DNA of 64,000 nt from Octopus sinensis. Its lineage: Eukaryota. The notes below the pieces were generated by a model. The model was given only the letters and a program-made list of their open reading frames with translations, had not been told where the DNA came from and made no database searches. The stretch spans positions 132,928,001-132,992,000 of the forward strand of contig NC_042998.1 of the NCBI RefSeq assembly GCF_006345805.1. Reading direction: 5' to 3'. Position 1 is the first letter of the stretch, and the number at the start of each line of letters is the position of its first letter. Below, piece after piece: positions 39,240-52,417 of the stretch. The position numbers and the translations under genes were made by a program.

Positions 39240-39570
39240 AAGGCGTATGGCTAAGTGGTTAGAGCATTGGTCTTACAAGCGTGAAGTTGCGAGTTCGATA
39301 TCAAGAGCGGTTGTGTGTTATGTTCTTGAGTAAGTCACTTTATTTCACGTTGCTTCAGTTCATTCAGCTGTAGAGATGATGTGCGACGTCACTGATGCCA
39401 TGCTGTATCGGCCTTTGCCTTTCCTTTGGACAACATCTGTGGTGTTGAGAGAGGAGGCTGGTATGCACAGGTGACTGCTGGTCTTCTAGAAAATCAATCT
39501 TGCCCGGACCTGTGCCTCGGAGTGGAACTTTCTAGGTGCAATCCCATAGTGATTCGTGGCCAAAGGGGGT
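39240..39570 (+). mobile_element. SINE family C, diverged
   Basis: aggcgtatggctaagtggttagagc...gttcgatatc; the body matches 59238-59571. Confidence 0.85.
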
Positions 39571-39781
39571 CTTTACCCCTTTTAACTTTTATTTGATCGC
39601 ATCCATGCTAGAGCTGTACCTTGAAGAACTTCAGTCAAACGAATCGAATCCAGTACTAATTTTTTTAAACTTGGTATTTCCCTTTGCCGAACCGCTACGT
39701 TACAGGGAAATAAACAAACCAGCACAGGTTGTCAAGCGGTAGTGGTAAAGAATACAAACACAAAGATACTCACACCACATA

Positions 39782-39863
<82 letters not shown>

Positions 39864-39888
39864 CGTATATACGTATATACGTATATAT

Positions 39889-40285
39889 TCTTTTATTCTT
39901 TTATTTAGTTCACTCATTTGACTGCAGCCATGCTGGAGCACCGCTTTTAGTCGAGTAAATTGATCTCAGAACTTATTCTTTGTAAGCCTAGTACTTATTC
40001 TATCGGTCATTTTTGCCCAACCGCTAAGTTACGGGGAAGTAACAACACCAGCATCGATTATCAAGCGATGTTGGGGTGGGGGACAAACACAGACACACCA
40101 ATATATACACAGGCATACATATATATATGACAAGCTTCTTTCAGTTTTCGTCTACCAAATCTACTCATAATGCTTTGGTCGGCCCCAGGCTACAGTGAAA
40201 GACACCTGCCAATGGTGCCACGCAACGGAACTGAAGCCGGAACCATCTAGTTGGTAAGCGAACTACTTACCACACAGCCACTCCT
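39889..40285 (-). mobile_element. SINE family A
   Basis: Reverse complement of the family A head, body and tail. Confidence 0.88.
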
Positions 40286-40600
40286 GTATATAAATATATA
40301 TCTTATGTCTTTGTGCGTGTGTGAATTAAGGCGTGAGGAGCTCATCGTCATAAACTAGAGTGTCTGATTCCTGGATCGGCCGATAAGTAAATATCATCGC
40401 CCCTTCCTCTGTATTTGAACGGAATTTCTACACAAAGCACAAAGTTTCGGAACACATTCCACTTGACAGCTCGTCGAAAGCGCTTGGAATGTTAGCAGTC
40501 AATCACCATCTTCGATTCTGTAGCTTAATTTATAGTTACTCTGAAGGAATGAAAGACAAATTTAGCATCGGCAGGAGATGAAATCAAAGCGCGCCCACTC

Positions 40601-40648
<48 letters not shown>

Positions 40649-40729
40649 CAAAGTGGAGTTGTAAGGTACCACATGAGTGGAATTATATATGAAAGAAGGT
40701 TTGAAAATGCAATTTTAACAGATGTTTAT

Positions 40730-40774
40730 TTACTTGACCGGTTTCACTTTTTAGAAAAAGATTGTCAAAAGTAA
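40730..40774 (-). ncRNA. Minimal type I hammerhead fold with U3-A8 core
   Basis: UUACUU-UUGACAA-U-CUUUUU-CU-AAAAAG-U-GAA-ACCGGU-C-AAGUAA: 6-bp stem I, GUC site, palindromic stem III. Confidence 0.7.
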
Positions 40775-41210
40775 CATGTAAAAGCTTTGTTGTGTTAGGT
40801 ACTGGTTGCCACAAAATATTACAATACATATATACATTCTTTGATAATAATAAGAACATGTCAAAAACAGTTTACAAGGGAAAATCTTGGGAAAATATTA
40901 AAAAATTTGACAAGTTCATTAAAATATTGGGTACAAAAGATTACAATACATATATACATTCTTTGATAATAATAATAAGAGAATGTTAAAGCAGTTTACA
41001 GAAAGAATTATTAAAAAGTTCAGAGGAATATTGGTATTGTATCTGTATATATATACACAGAAAATTATAAGTTCAAAAGGTTACATTTTGGTAGTATATA
41101 AATGTACAATGAGGGAGATATATTTAGTTTGAACTGACCTGATTCACCATATTATCGTAAAAGACTCATATATATATATATAATACATACATGCATATGT
41201 ATGTATTATA

Positions 41211-41441
41211 TGGGCAAGTGTCTTCTATTATAGACTCAGGCCAACCAAAGCCTTGCGAGTGAATCTGGCCGACGGTAACTGAAAGAAGCCTGTCGAATGT
41301 GTGTGTATATGTGTGTGAATGTGTGTGTGTATCTATCTGTGTGTGCCTTTGGGTCCACGTTTGTCCTACCACCACTGCTTGGCAACCAGTGATGGTGTGT
41401 TTGCGTCACCGTAACTTAGCGGTTCGGCACAAGAGGCCGAC
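41211..41441 (+). mobile_element. SINE family A internal fragment
   Basis: gggcaagtgtcttct...gaaagaagcctgtcg...gtaacttagcggttcggc. Confidence 0.8.
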
Positions 41442-41799
41442 GCTTCGCTTTATGTGGTCGATATTTGGCCCATACAGTTTCAAACTCATCCAGAAAGAAA
41501 AGATCCATTTCTATAGTCACTATGCTTTGTGAAAGGGTATGATAGTGAGTTTAATGAGAGGAAAAAGAGCAACACGGGCAGGCTGTTTACCTTGAAAGAT
41601 GCTTTTTTGGTAGTGAATGCTATCTGACTCAGTCTGTTCTTTATCACTCTTAAGGAAGAAAGTGGTGTACCAAGTCTTCATTAAGTGTTCAGTAGCACTC
41701 TGTATGCATGTATGTATGTATGTATGTATGTATGTATGTATGTATGTATGTATGTATGTATGTATGTATGTATGTTTGTATTTCTGTATGTATGTATTC

Positions 41800-41935
41800 T
41801 TTTTTTTATTCTTTTACTTGTTTCAGTCATTTGACCGCGGACATGCTGGAGCAACAGCATCGGTTGCCAAGCGACGTGGGGGGGGGGACAAACACAGACA
41901 CAAACACACACACACCACACACACGCACACACACA

Positions 41936-41976
<41 letters not shown>

Positions 41977-42142
41977 GTACTACGGGTTTCTTTCAGTTTC
42001 TGTCTGCCAAATCCACTCACAAGGCTTTGGTCGGCCCGAGGCTATAGTAGAAGAGACTTGCTCAAGGTGCCACGCATTGGGACTGAATCCGGAACCATGT
42101 AGTTGGTGAGCAAGCTACTTACTACACAGCAACTCCTGCGCC
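41800..42142 (-). mobile_element. SINE family A with internal deletion
   Basis: gctggagca is joined to acagcatcggttg, skipping about 100 bp present in other copies. Confidence 0.85.
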
Positions 42143-42306
42143 TTTGGTACTGAATGTATGAAAATGTAAAAAAAAGGCATTGGAATTTTGTTGCTAAAAC
42201 TTTAATAAATGAAGTCATATGCTAATGTTACCTACAACATTCATTCTTTAAAGACAAGCAGATCTTAACAGTAAGAAGGAGATAATAATAAGAAATGATT
42301 TCTTTA

Positions 42307-42341
<35 letters not shown>

Positions 42342-42356
42342 TAATAATTATGATAA

Positions 42357-42431
<75 letters not shown>

Positions 42432-42464
42432 TCAATAAATGGTGGGACCGCACGTGGAGAAATG

Positions 42465-42765
42465 ATAAGTAAGGAAAAATTTTTTTAAAAAATGCAGAAT
42501 GCTCAAATGAAAGAAAATTTTAATAAAATGAGAAATTGATAAAATATATAAATATATATTTATTCAACCGGTTTTCGTCATTGTATGACTTGCCAAGAAT
42601 ATTTATGTTTTAAAAAAGTTTTTTTTTTTAAATTAGAAAGGGGAAAAAAAGAAAATTGCATTGTTTTTTGTAAAAGAATAATGATAAAAATGTACAAAAA
42701 TTAAAAAAAAAATTTTCTTTCATTTGAGCATTCTGCATTTTTTAAAAAAATTTTTCCTTACTTAT
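42465..42765. repeat. Inverted repeat (57-bp arms) between TA tracts, with a U3-A8 HHR-like motif in the spacer
   Basis: 42465-42521 is the reverse complement of 42709-42765. On minus at 42601-42561: UAUUC-UUGGCAA-GUCAU-ACA-AUGAC-GAAA-ACCGGU-U-GAAUA (A6G and one extra A). Confidence 0.75.
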
Positions 42766-42777
42766 ATATATATATAT

Positions 42778-43180
42778 GGAGAATTCACGAAAAAACAGAA
42801 GACGAAGACAGGTAGTGTAGACAATAAACAGATGTATTAGTTTATCGCTCGGGTAGGGAAAGTCTAACGTTTCCACAGAAAGGAACACAGAAAGAAACAA
42901 AGAGAGAAAATAAAGAATGCGTAGTGGCTAGCGACCAATCATGGCAAGAATACAGGTAGAATAGTCCAGTGTAGAAGGTGTAAAAGTTCGTTGGGTAATG
43001 TGAGGAGACAGGATCAACAGGTTCGACCACGTGAGCGCGTAATATATGGGGAGAATTCACAAAAAAACAAAGACGAAGACAGGTGGTGTAGACAACAAAC
43101 AGATGTATTTCTTTAACGCTCATGAAGTGAAAAAGTCTTTAACGTTTCGAGCCTACGCTCTTCCACAGAAAGGAGCAGAG
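42778..43180 (-). mobile_element. Two tandem P1 terminus fragments; the second has an intact variant HHR-like motif (43137-43172)
   Basis: Unit ggagaattcac.aaaaaaca.aagacgaagacaggt starts at about 42778 and 43048. The second reads CUUU-CUGUGGA-A-GAGC-GUAG-GCUC-GAA-ACGU-U-AAAG; the first has stem II deleted. Confidence 0.75.
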
Positions 43181-43598
43181 GTAAATATTCAAGTGTAGTC
43201 AACGTATTTCAATGAATGTAGTCTCTTTATCTGCTGTTATTCAAATATTCCGTCACTGTATTGATAGGGATAAAATTATATAGTACAAAATTGAATGAAT
43301 TTATTTATAACGAATGACATTTCATAGAGAGCAAACTCGATTAACTGGCTACAGACAGAAATATATATCTTAAAATGTATAAATACATAGCGTTGGAAAT
43401 TATCAATCGAATAAACGTATTTTCTCTTTTTCAGCGAAGATCTACTGTCCGGAACGTTTAACTTTCGTTTATGTCATCATTATAGCATAAAACTGACTAT
43501 TTTGCTCTCTTCTAGACTTATGCTATTTTACTTTCACATACATACATACATACATACATACATGCATATATACATACATACATACATACATACATACA

Positions 43599-43673
<75 letters not shown>

Positions 43674-43908
43674 GATATATATATATATGCGTGCTTGCGT
43701 GTGTATGTATGCATGTATGTATATTTGAATTATGCACTACAAGCAGGTCTATAGAATATAATCTTTCCAATATGATATATATGATATACTTAACGTATGT
43801 GTATCCTTCGAAAGGACAGACGCTGCAAATTTCCGTACGGGAAAAAATTCATTTAATAAACGCTTTCTGCTGAACTATGTATATATATATATATATATAT
43901 ATAATATA

Positions 43909-43970
<62 letters not shown>

Positions 43971-44149
43971 ATATATATGTATATACACACATATATATAA
44001 ACGCACACTAGCAGAAATGCGCAACCACAAGCATATTCAGACGATCACACATGATCATACGAACATACATACACACACACATACATACATACATTTACCT
44101 TCTAACACTCACAAATATATATATATATATATATATATAAAGTTAATCC

Positions 44150-44330
44150 AAACAAGAAAGCACAACAACGCGAGGACGTGGAACAAATATAGCATTATTG
44201 GACGCTCAGGAAAAAAGGAAAGAAGGAGGGTTTAACGTTTTGAGCGGAGCTCTTCGTCGGAAACATAGGAGAAGGAAAGATACAGAGAAGGGAAGACAGA
44301 GGAAAAAAATCGCCACATTTTTTCCTTTGT
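44150..44330 (-). mobile_element. PLE-terminus-like repeat related to P1, with a U4C HHR-like motif (44230-44264)
   Basis: GUUU-CCGACGA-A-GAGC-UCC-GCUC-AAA-ACGU-U-AAAC on minus (G12 appears mutated to A). Confidence 0.55.
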
Positions 44331-44889
44331 TAATAGCTCTTTTTTCTATACATACCTACTCAGTTACATGTTCTCCACACACGCAATTACACAAACACAT
44401 TCATACTTAAACATATTTATTATCTATGACATTCTTCCCCCTTCTTTTCTGTCTTTTTGTCTCTCTCTCTCTCTCTTTCTCTCTCCCCTTCTTTCTCTCA
44501 GTTTCTATTTCTCTTTCTGTCGGATATACTTCACCTTAAATCACAGACACTTCTTCGTTGTAATCACATATATAAATAGATTCATATATATACATACAAA
44601 CACAAGAATGTGTACGCAATGACACACACACACACACACATGTGCATTAACACTTGGACATATTCGTCTATGATCTTACACACACTCACACACTCCCTCC
44701 CTCATTCCCTCTTACACACACTCACACATACACACACCTATACACACACGTATATATGTATGCATATAGGTTTACACGCGTATACACATGTATAACCATG
44801 CACTCATCAGTTTCCACACTTCTATACATATTGACTTTCAACTGTGGATATTTGCATTCTTAACCTGCCTCCTCTATCCATACTACTTA

Positions 44890-45620
<731 letters not shown>

Positions 45621-45840
45621 GGTGTTTGTATGTGTGTATCTACAAGTGATTGTGCTTGTGCGTGAGTGTGTGGTCTTCATTACACTACCTTGAAATGAAA
45701 GCTGATAGTAAATCCATACATACAAACGCACGTAAAACACACATAAGCACGTTTATATATGCCAATATATTTACCTGTGTATATGTGTGAGTGTGCATAT
45801 GTATATACGTTTGTGTGTATGCATGTATGTATGTGTGTGC

Positions 45841-45874
<34 letters not shown>

Positions 45875-46539
45875 CGGATAACCAGACAAGAAGAAGGCAA
45901 ATAAAACAGCGAACCAAGTAAATATTTTATTTGCGGCATTGTGGGAGTCCCTTCTCTTTACAACAAATAGACCCTCAAACAGTTCCCAGTTTACGAAACA
46001 GATACAAAGAAAATATAAATATAATGAAAAACAGAAAATCAACCGTGTTCGTTCTGAAGTCCTGGGACCCCTCTTAACTCACCCCCATTTGCACACATTT
46101 AAACTGTAAGGTGACTGAGGACAGTACAGTCAATAAACAGAGGGGTCTGAATTGAGCGCAGAGTCATTTGAAGTGATTTGGCGAGTTAAGTAGTGTTACG
46201 TAGACAACTGAAGGATGATCCACATTCAATGAAGTGTTCAAACTCTTCGGAATGAGAGCACACAAAACCGTCATTCAACCACTTCAATAAAATCAAATAC
46301 GTGTAGCGTACTCGGGTATACACGTATGTACACACAAACGTACACACACACGTACACACACACACTATTACACACACATACATACAAACACTCATTCTCA
46401 TTAAAAGGTAGACGTTTATTATGCACGTATATATTACTATAAATATATGATTTATGTATATATACACTAATGAATATCTGCGTCTATATGCTTATGTATA
46501 TATTTTTATTGCTTAGTCCGACGTAGAAAATGCAATGCC

Positions 46540-46650
46540 CGGGACATACATATTCCATGGCCTTTGAAAACGATTTGAGGTAAGGAGGAAATTATTCCCT
46601 GATCGGAGACCTGGACCGAATCTGTCGACATTATTAAAAAGCACTTAAAA
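46540..46650 (-). pseudogene. Possible pogo/Tigger DDE transposase remnant
   Basis: CFLIMSTDSVQVSDQGIISSL resembles the pogo-family motif FLPPNTTS..QP.DQGII.S.K. Confidence 0.35.
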
Positions 46651-47050
46651 GCCATGTTATAATGTGTAACGATTGACAGACTAAGTCTACCATCTACGAA
46701 CAGAAATGCTGCTGCCTTCGACAGACGTTCACGCAGGTTTTGTTTCACAAATGTTACTCTATATGTGTTGTTGTGTAGTTACAGATGTAGATATATGCTA
46801 ATACGATTTAGGCCCATGCACTTTTGTGTTAATGTATTCAAATGTACATGTTATACTATATAATGCAACATACATGTTATATTGTTCGTATTTCTTATAT
46901 TATTCACTATCTGCAAAGGTAAGAGATTGTTGCAAACAATTCGTAAAAACCCCAAATTAAATAAGCGCTACATTACTGAGTTGAAAGACGACACACTGTA
47001 AATCACAAGAACATTATCTCCCATCTCTATTATTATTACTATTACAACAT

Positions 47051-47250
47051 TAAGGCGGCAAGCTGACAAAATCGTTGGCCAGGCAAAATGCTCGTCTTTA
47101 CATTCTTAGTTCGAATTTCGCCGAAGTCGACTTTACCTTTCATTCTAACGGTGTCGATAAAATAAGTACCAGTCGAATATTGGGGTCTATGTAATCGACT
47201 TAACTTCTCCTCCAAAATTTCAGGCATTGTACCTGTAGCAGAAAGGATTA
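47051..47250 (+). mobile_element. SINE B2 copy
   Basis: aaggcggcaagctgacaaaatcgtt...gtcgataaaataagtaccag...ccaaaatttcaggcattgtacctgtagcagaaagg. Confidence 0.8.
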
Positions 47251-47454
47251 TTACTATCACACCTCTATTATCAAAGCCACCGCAAACGTAGCTATCCTCA
47301 TCACCATGAATACTCTAACCAATACCATAACTTCGCCTACATTCTAGGTCCAATCCCATGGTCTTTACCCTTTTAATTAATATAAATTTGATCGAACCAA
47401 TGACCATGGAATTGCAGCTAGAAAGTTACCCTTTCGAGCTACAAGTCTGGGTAA

Positions 47455-47715
47455 AGTTGTTTATGGAAGACCAGCAGTCGCCCACAAATACTGGCTTCCC
47501 TTCTTCATGCCATTGATGTTATGCAAGGGAAAGGCGAAGACAGATACAGTTTGGTACCAGTGACGTTGCAACTCATTTCTATAACTGAAAGAACTGGGGC
47601 AATGTGAAATAAAGTGACTTGTCCAAGAACACAATGCACTGCTCGGTCCAGTAATGGAACTCACAACCTCATGATTGTGAGCCCGACGCTCTAGCCACTG
47701 AGCAATACGCCTTCC
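47455..47715 (-). mobile_element. SINE family C
   Basis: Reverse complement of the family C head and body. Confidence 0.82.
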
Positions 47716-48104
47716 CCAACACTAACACCATCACAATCATCATTATAAAACCTCACCAGGAACGCCACCACAAACACCACAACCACAACCACCACCATCA
47801 CCACAACCACAATTACAAACATAGCGTAAAAACAATTTGGTTAATTGCTCCGGTATTTGATTAGCTGGTATTCCTTAGGAAATAAAAATATTTTCTCGCT
47901 AAAAGTTATCCAATGAATGGCAGCTGTTACATATTTTTCTCCTCCTTATTCCACTAAAATATCATCAAAGATTCTAACTATCGGTTCTGATGTATTACAT
48001 TATATTTGGTTAAATATTAATTTAATCTAACTGTATTCAATATATTTATATCTTCGTATAAATCAATTTTAAGAATTTCTTAAAATAATCTTCATTTGTG
48101 TTCT

Positions 48105-48105
48105 G

Positions 48106-48157
<52 letters not shown>

Positions 48158-48158
48158 G

Positions 48159-48197
<39 letters not shown>

Positions 48198-48339
48198 GCA
48201 GCAGCAGCAGCATCACCACCACCACCACCATCATCATCATCATTTCTCTCGATTTTAATTGCTCCGGTTATTTCTGTAAGAATGGGCAGTAATTTGTCAA
48301 AGGTCTCACAGGGTCCTTTTCCACGATACATAACACTCA

Positions 48340-48383
<44 letters not shown>

Positions 48384-48385
48384 CT
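48105..48385. repeat. (CAT)n, (CAG)n, (CAC)n and (TAT)n arrays
   Basis: Directly visible. Confidence 0.95.
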
Positions 48386-48569
48386 ATTGTCTTTGCACAG
48401 CTTCTAACGATGGAGATGTACTACGGTGCCAGGTGTTCAATACCAGAGAACTAAGGTAACAGCCCTTATTTTCCGAGCACTATCCAGAGTATTCGAGCAG
48501 TTCCCGGCAGTTCCAAATACATATATATTTATGTATTTATATATATTTATGAATATATATATATATATA

Positions 48570-48916
48570 TATTTATTGGTAAAAATGGTAAGATAATAAA
48601 AGAAAGAAAGATACCTCAATATTATGTAAATAGAGGAATTTATCTGTAAATATAATATGTGACAATTATTCGGTAGCCAAGATAAAACTCTGAGTTTCGG
48701 ATGCCGAGGTGGAAATCCACACCACTTCAGTTATCCGGCCATCGGAAAAACGCTATGAAAAATGATCGTTATACAAAGGGAAGTTACTGTGTTATTGACG
48801 CTATTTAGACAAAAGAGCTATTCGAATGACCGCTAATTAAAGTAAGAGGGTAAAAAGTTCATAGTATACGCGTAAGAGTTTTATCTTGGCTACCGAATAA
48901 TTGTCACATATTATAT
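48570..48916. mobile_element. P2 terminus repeat with 42-bp inverted arms and an HHR-like motif (48675-48740, minus)
   Basis: 48650-48691 is the reverse complement of 48875-48916. Minus fold: GAUAA-CUGAAG(U)-GG...CC-GAA-ACUCAGAGU-U-UUAUC (A9 missing or changed). TA tracts lie on both sides. Confidence 0.7.
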
Positions 48917-48927
48917 TCATATATATA

Positions 48928-48984
<57 letters not shown>

Positions 48985-49057
48985 CATGTATATATGTGCA
49001 TATATATGTACATATATATGTACGTATATGAATGTATATATGTATATATATATATAG

Positions 49058-49091
<34 letters not shown>

Positions 49092-49155
49092 TATGTGTGT
49101 GTGTGGTGTGTGTGTGTGTGTGTGTATTTGTATGCATATATATGTATATATATAT

Positions 49156-50119
49156 ATAAAACTTACTTGGAAAAGGATGCCTGGCGTTCGATCATATAAT
49201 AATATAAATAATATATAAATATATGTATATATACATACATACATATATGTACATGCCTACATCTATATGTATATATACATGCATATATGGGTACAGGACT
49301 TTAAAAAAACTTTGAACACAATGAGAAACGAAAACAAAAACAAAAACATGGAAACAAACTTTTTTTATTCAAACAACGAAAGAACAGAGTACAAGACATA
49401 CAACACTAGAAATATTCTCCTTCTTCAGTTGTTCCTGTTTCGTCTATTCCGCTTTTCGAAGGTAAGGACGAGACGCATCTTCGTTGACACAGTCCTTCCC
49501 GCAAAGCAAATTAAATAAAATTCGGGATTTTTTGCGGAGGGGTAAAAGTGGTAACAAGAACAGGACAGTAAGTACAAAACAAGACAGTAAAAACAATAAA
49601 AGCGAAAACAGTAAAAGACAGAATAAAGAGAATAGCAAAATAACAACAAACGATGAGGGCTGTTAAGCCAAGACGATGGAAAAATTATTCTGAACGCTTG
49701 AGGAGACGGCTTATGGGAGAGGCAGGATAAGCAGTCTGATCTTGATCAAAATAGCAGTGGGAAACATGGCTTCCCTCTGATCACGTGTCAGTGACGAGAG
49801 AGTCGCGGAGGAGAAGTATGCGAGAGGGAACGTTGAAGGGGAAAGGAGAAGAATAGGGAAGAGTAAGAGAAAAAAACAGAAAGGATGAAGAACAAGAGAG
49901 GGAGAGAGATAGACAGAGGAGAAATAGTAAAGAAGAAGAGTGCGCATCATAATTATAAAGATAAAACTTACTTGGAAAAGGATGCGTGGCATTCGATCAT
50001 ATAATAATATAAATAATATATGAATATATGCATATATACATACATGTATGTACATACCTACATCTATATGTATATATACATGCATATATGGGTACAGGAC
50101 ATCCAAAAACGTTGAACAC
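49156..50119. repeat. Direct repeats of about 160 bp, 805 bp apart
   Basis: 49156-49320 and 49961-50119 share ataaaacttacttggaaaaggatgc...gggtacaggac...ttgaacac. Confidence 0.85.
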
Positions 50120-50174
50120 GTAATATGTAAAACAATAAAACATGTAAAACAATAAAAAAACTGCCATTTTTAAT

Positions 50175-50203
50175 CCCGAGCAACGCCGCATATCTCTGCT
50201 AGT
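50175..50203 (+). mobile_element. Helitron-like 3' end
   Basis: cccgagcaacgccg GC-rich hairpin remnant followed by CTAG|T (50199-50203). Confidence 0.5.
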
Positions 50204-50225
50204 TTTGTACATACATACATACATA

Positions 50226-51451
50226 TCTATAAAACAGTCCTTGGACGAATATTGCATGCACATTTTGCTTTGACGGTTAATGGCGGCCAAACCGAGGCTA
50301 GGATCGAACTGAAAATTGGTAGGGATACTAAATGCGTGGTGAGGATGAGACCGTGATGGTTAAAATTCGCAAGCTCTAAAGATGTGGTTGCTATGGCAAA
50401 AAGAGTGATTTTTTATCGATTCAAAGGGGCCCAGAGTCCCTCTAGTTTTGTGCGATTGGCTTTTAATGCCCAACGGCATGCATTACAGGCTGTTGTGCTT
50501 AATAAACATACATTTTGTCGCGAAATTCCGGCTACTAGGAAACGATTTTTCATTGCCCTCATTTTCTTTTTAATCTTTTTATAAAAGTGAAAGGATTTCG
50601 TCTATTTATTTCTGCTGTTCACTTACGACAGTGATTCAGTTGACTAGGAAAACTATACGTGATAAATATCCAATACCAAACTATCTTAATCTACATATTG
50701 AAACTGCATTAAACTTTGGCAAGCTTACCTTTACCTATTCTGAGTTACTTGAAAGGTGATGTTCCTTTCCCTCTCTTCTGATTGTTGATACCTTTGATAC
50801 CGTTGTTTCGCTTTAAGGATACTCCTTTACCCAGCCATTATGATATTTCGACTGCTGTCCATTGTTTCAAATAGGTTTTAGCATTGTCATTCTAGCCTTT
50901 TTTAAACACTCACATATGATTCGTCCCAAACAATCAACCTTTTGCTTCCACTAGCGAAAGCTATATGTATCTTTCAGGAAGCTCCATACCAATTTAACTT
51001 AATGCAGCATTCGCAGTTAGTTTATGTGCACGCTATGTGGGAAGATAGAATAAAGGGACTTTTTTTAGCTTTTCTCTCCCTTTGCTGTTGAAAAAATAAA
51101 CTCGCAAGGGGAAGTTTCAACATCTTCCTTCAATTTCCTTACACCATTTATGTGGTTGTTTCTGACAATAAATTTCGATTTCATGTAAAACAACTATATT
51201 TTGTAGTCATTATCCGTAATCTACTCCCAAAACACTCCAGTAGCTCCACTTTACATCGCTTGCAAACTTATATGATCTATGATAATCAAAGTGCAACGAC
51301 CTCCACAATAACCAGCCTTCAATTTGATTTTCCGTTCCTAGGTTAATCAGATTGCCATGCTACACATAAACCTTCTCGGTAGTTCAATTATTTGGTGAAA
51401 ATAATACCACGAAAGCAACTTAAACCATCCAGAGGACGGGTACGTTTGCTA

Positions 51452-51452
<1 letters not shown>
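50226..51452 (+). mobile_element. Candidate non-autonomous Helitron
   Basis: A|TCTATAAAA start at 50226; hairpin ccatcc-aga-ggacgg then CTAG|T at 51449-51453. Continuity of the interior is not established. Confidence 0.4.
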
Positions 51453-51489
<37 letters not shown>

Positions 51490-52417
51490 TACATACTTAT
51501 ATACATATATATATTTTATATATACTATATATATGTATATATATACATACGTTATACACACACGTGTGCGCGCGCACACACACATACACACACACACACT
51601 CACACACACACTCACACACACATACATATATATATATATATACATCGTGCCAGTGTCAAGATTTTTGTGCGTCCACCTGATGGCGAATCACTCTGTCAAG
51701 CTATATATAAACTTTGCTCTGTTCCTCTCTTAGTCAGCCTATACGATATATCATACATACTTCACCACAGGCATGAGAACGGAATTAAAAGAAATGTTTT
51801 CACTAAAAGTAATGTCACCAAATAATTTAATTAAATTACCCACGAATTACTGTTTAAATTTAATAACATCGTTACCGTAAAATTTAACGTATCTTGATAT
51901 GTGCAAACATTCATTGACTTCAGTTTTGTTTGTCATTTTTATTGAGAAGTAAAACATTATACGACCTTTGGCAAACCCCTCACATGCTGGAGAAGTCGAT
52001 GCGGTTGCTGCTTTTCTTTTCTGTTTTTGTTTTTTTTTAATGGTTTTATCTCTTAGTAAAATGTAGACGCCGAAAGTATTTCCAAGAAAGAAATAATCTA
52101 CTGAAAGTGGAAGCGATAGGTAGTTCGTTGGCAGATTGAAAAGAAAATGCTTGCTGGAAACAGCAGTGCAATACTCTTTTACGTATTTAAGTCATTTGAC
52201 TGTAGCCATGCTGGAGCACCGCCTTTAGTCGAAGCAAATCGACCCCAGGACTTATTCTTTGTAAGCCTAGTACTTATCCTATCGGCCTCTTTTGCCGAAT
52301 CGCTAAATTACGAGGACGTAAAGACACCAGCATCGGTTGACAAGCGATGTTGGGGGGGGGGGGCAAACACAGACACACAAACATATACACACACGTAATA
52401 TATATATATATATATAT

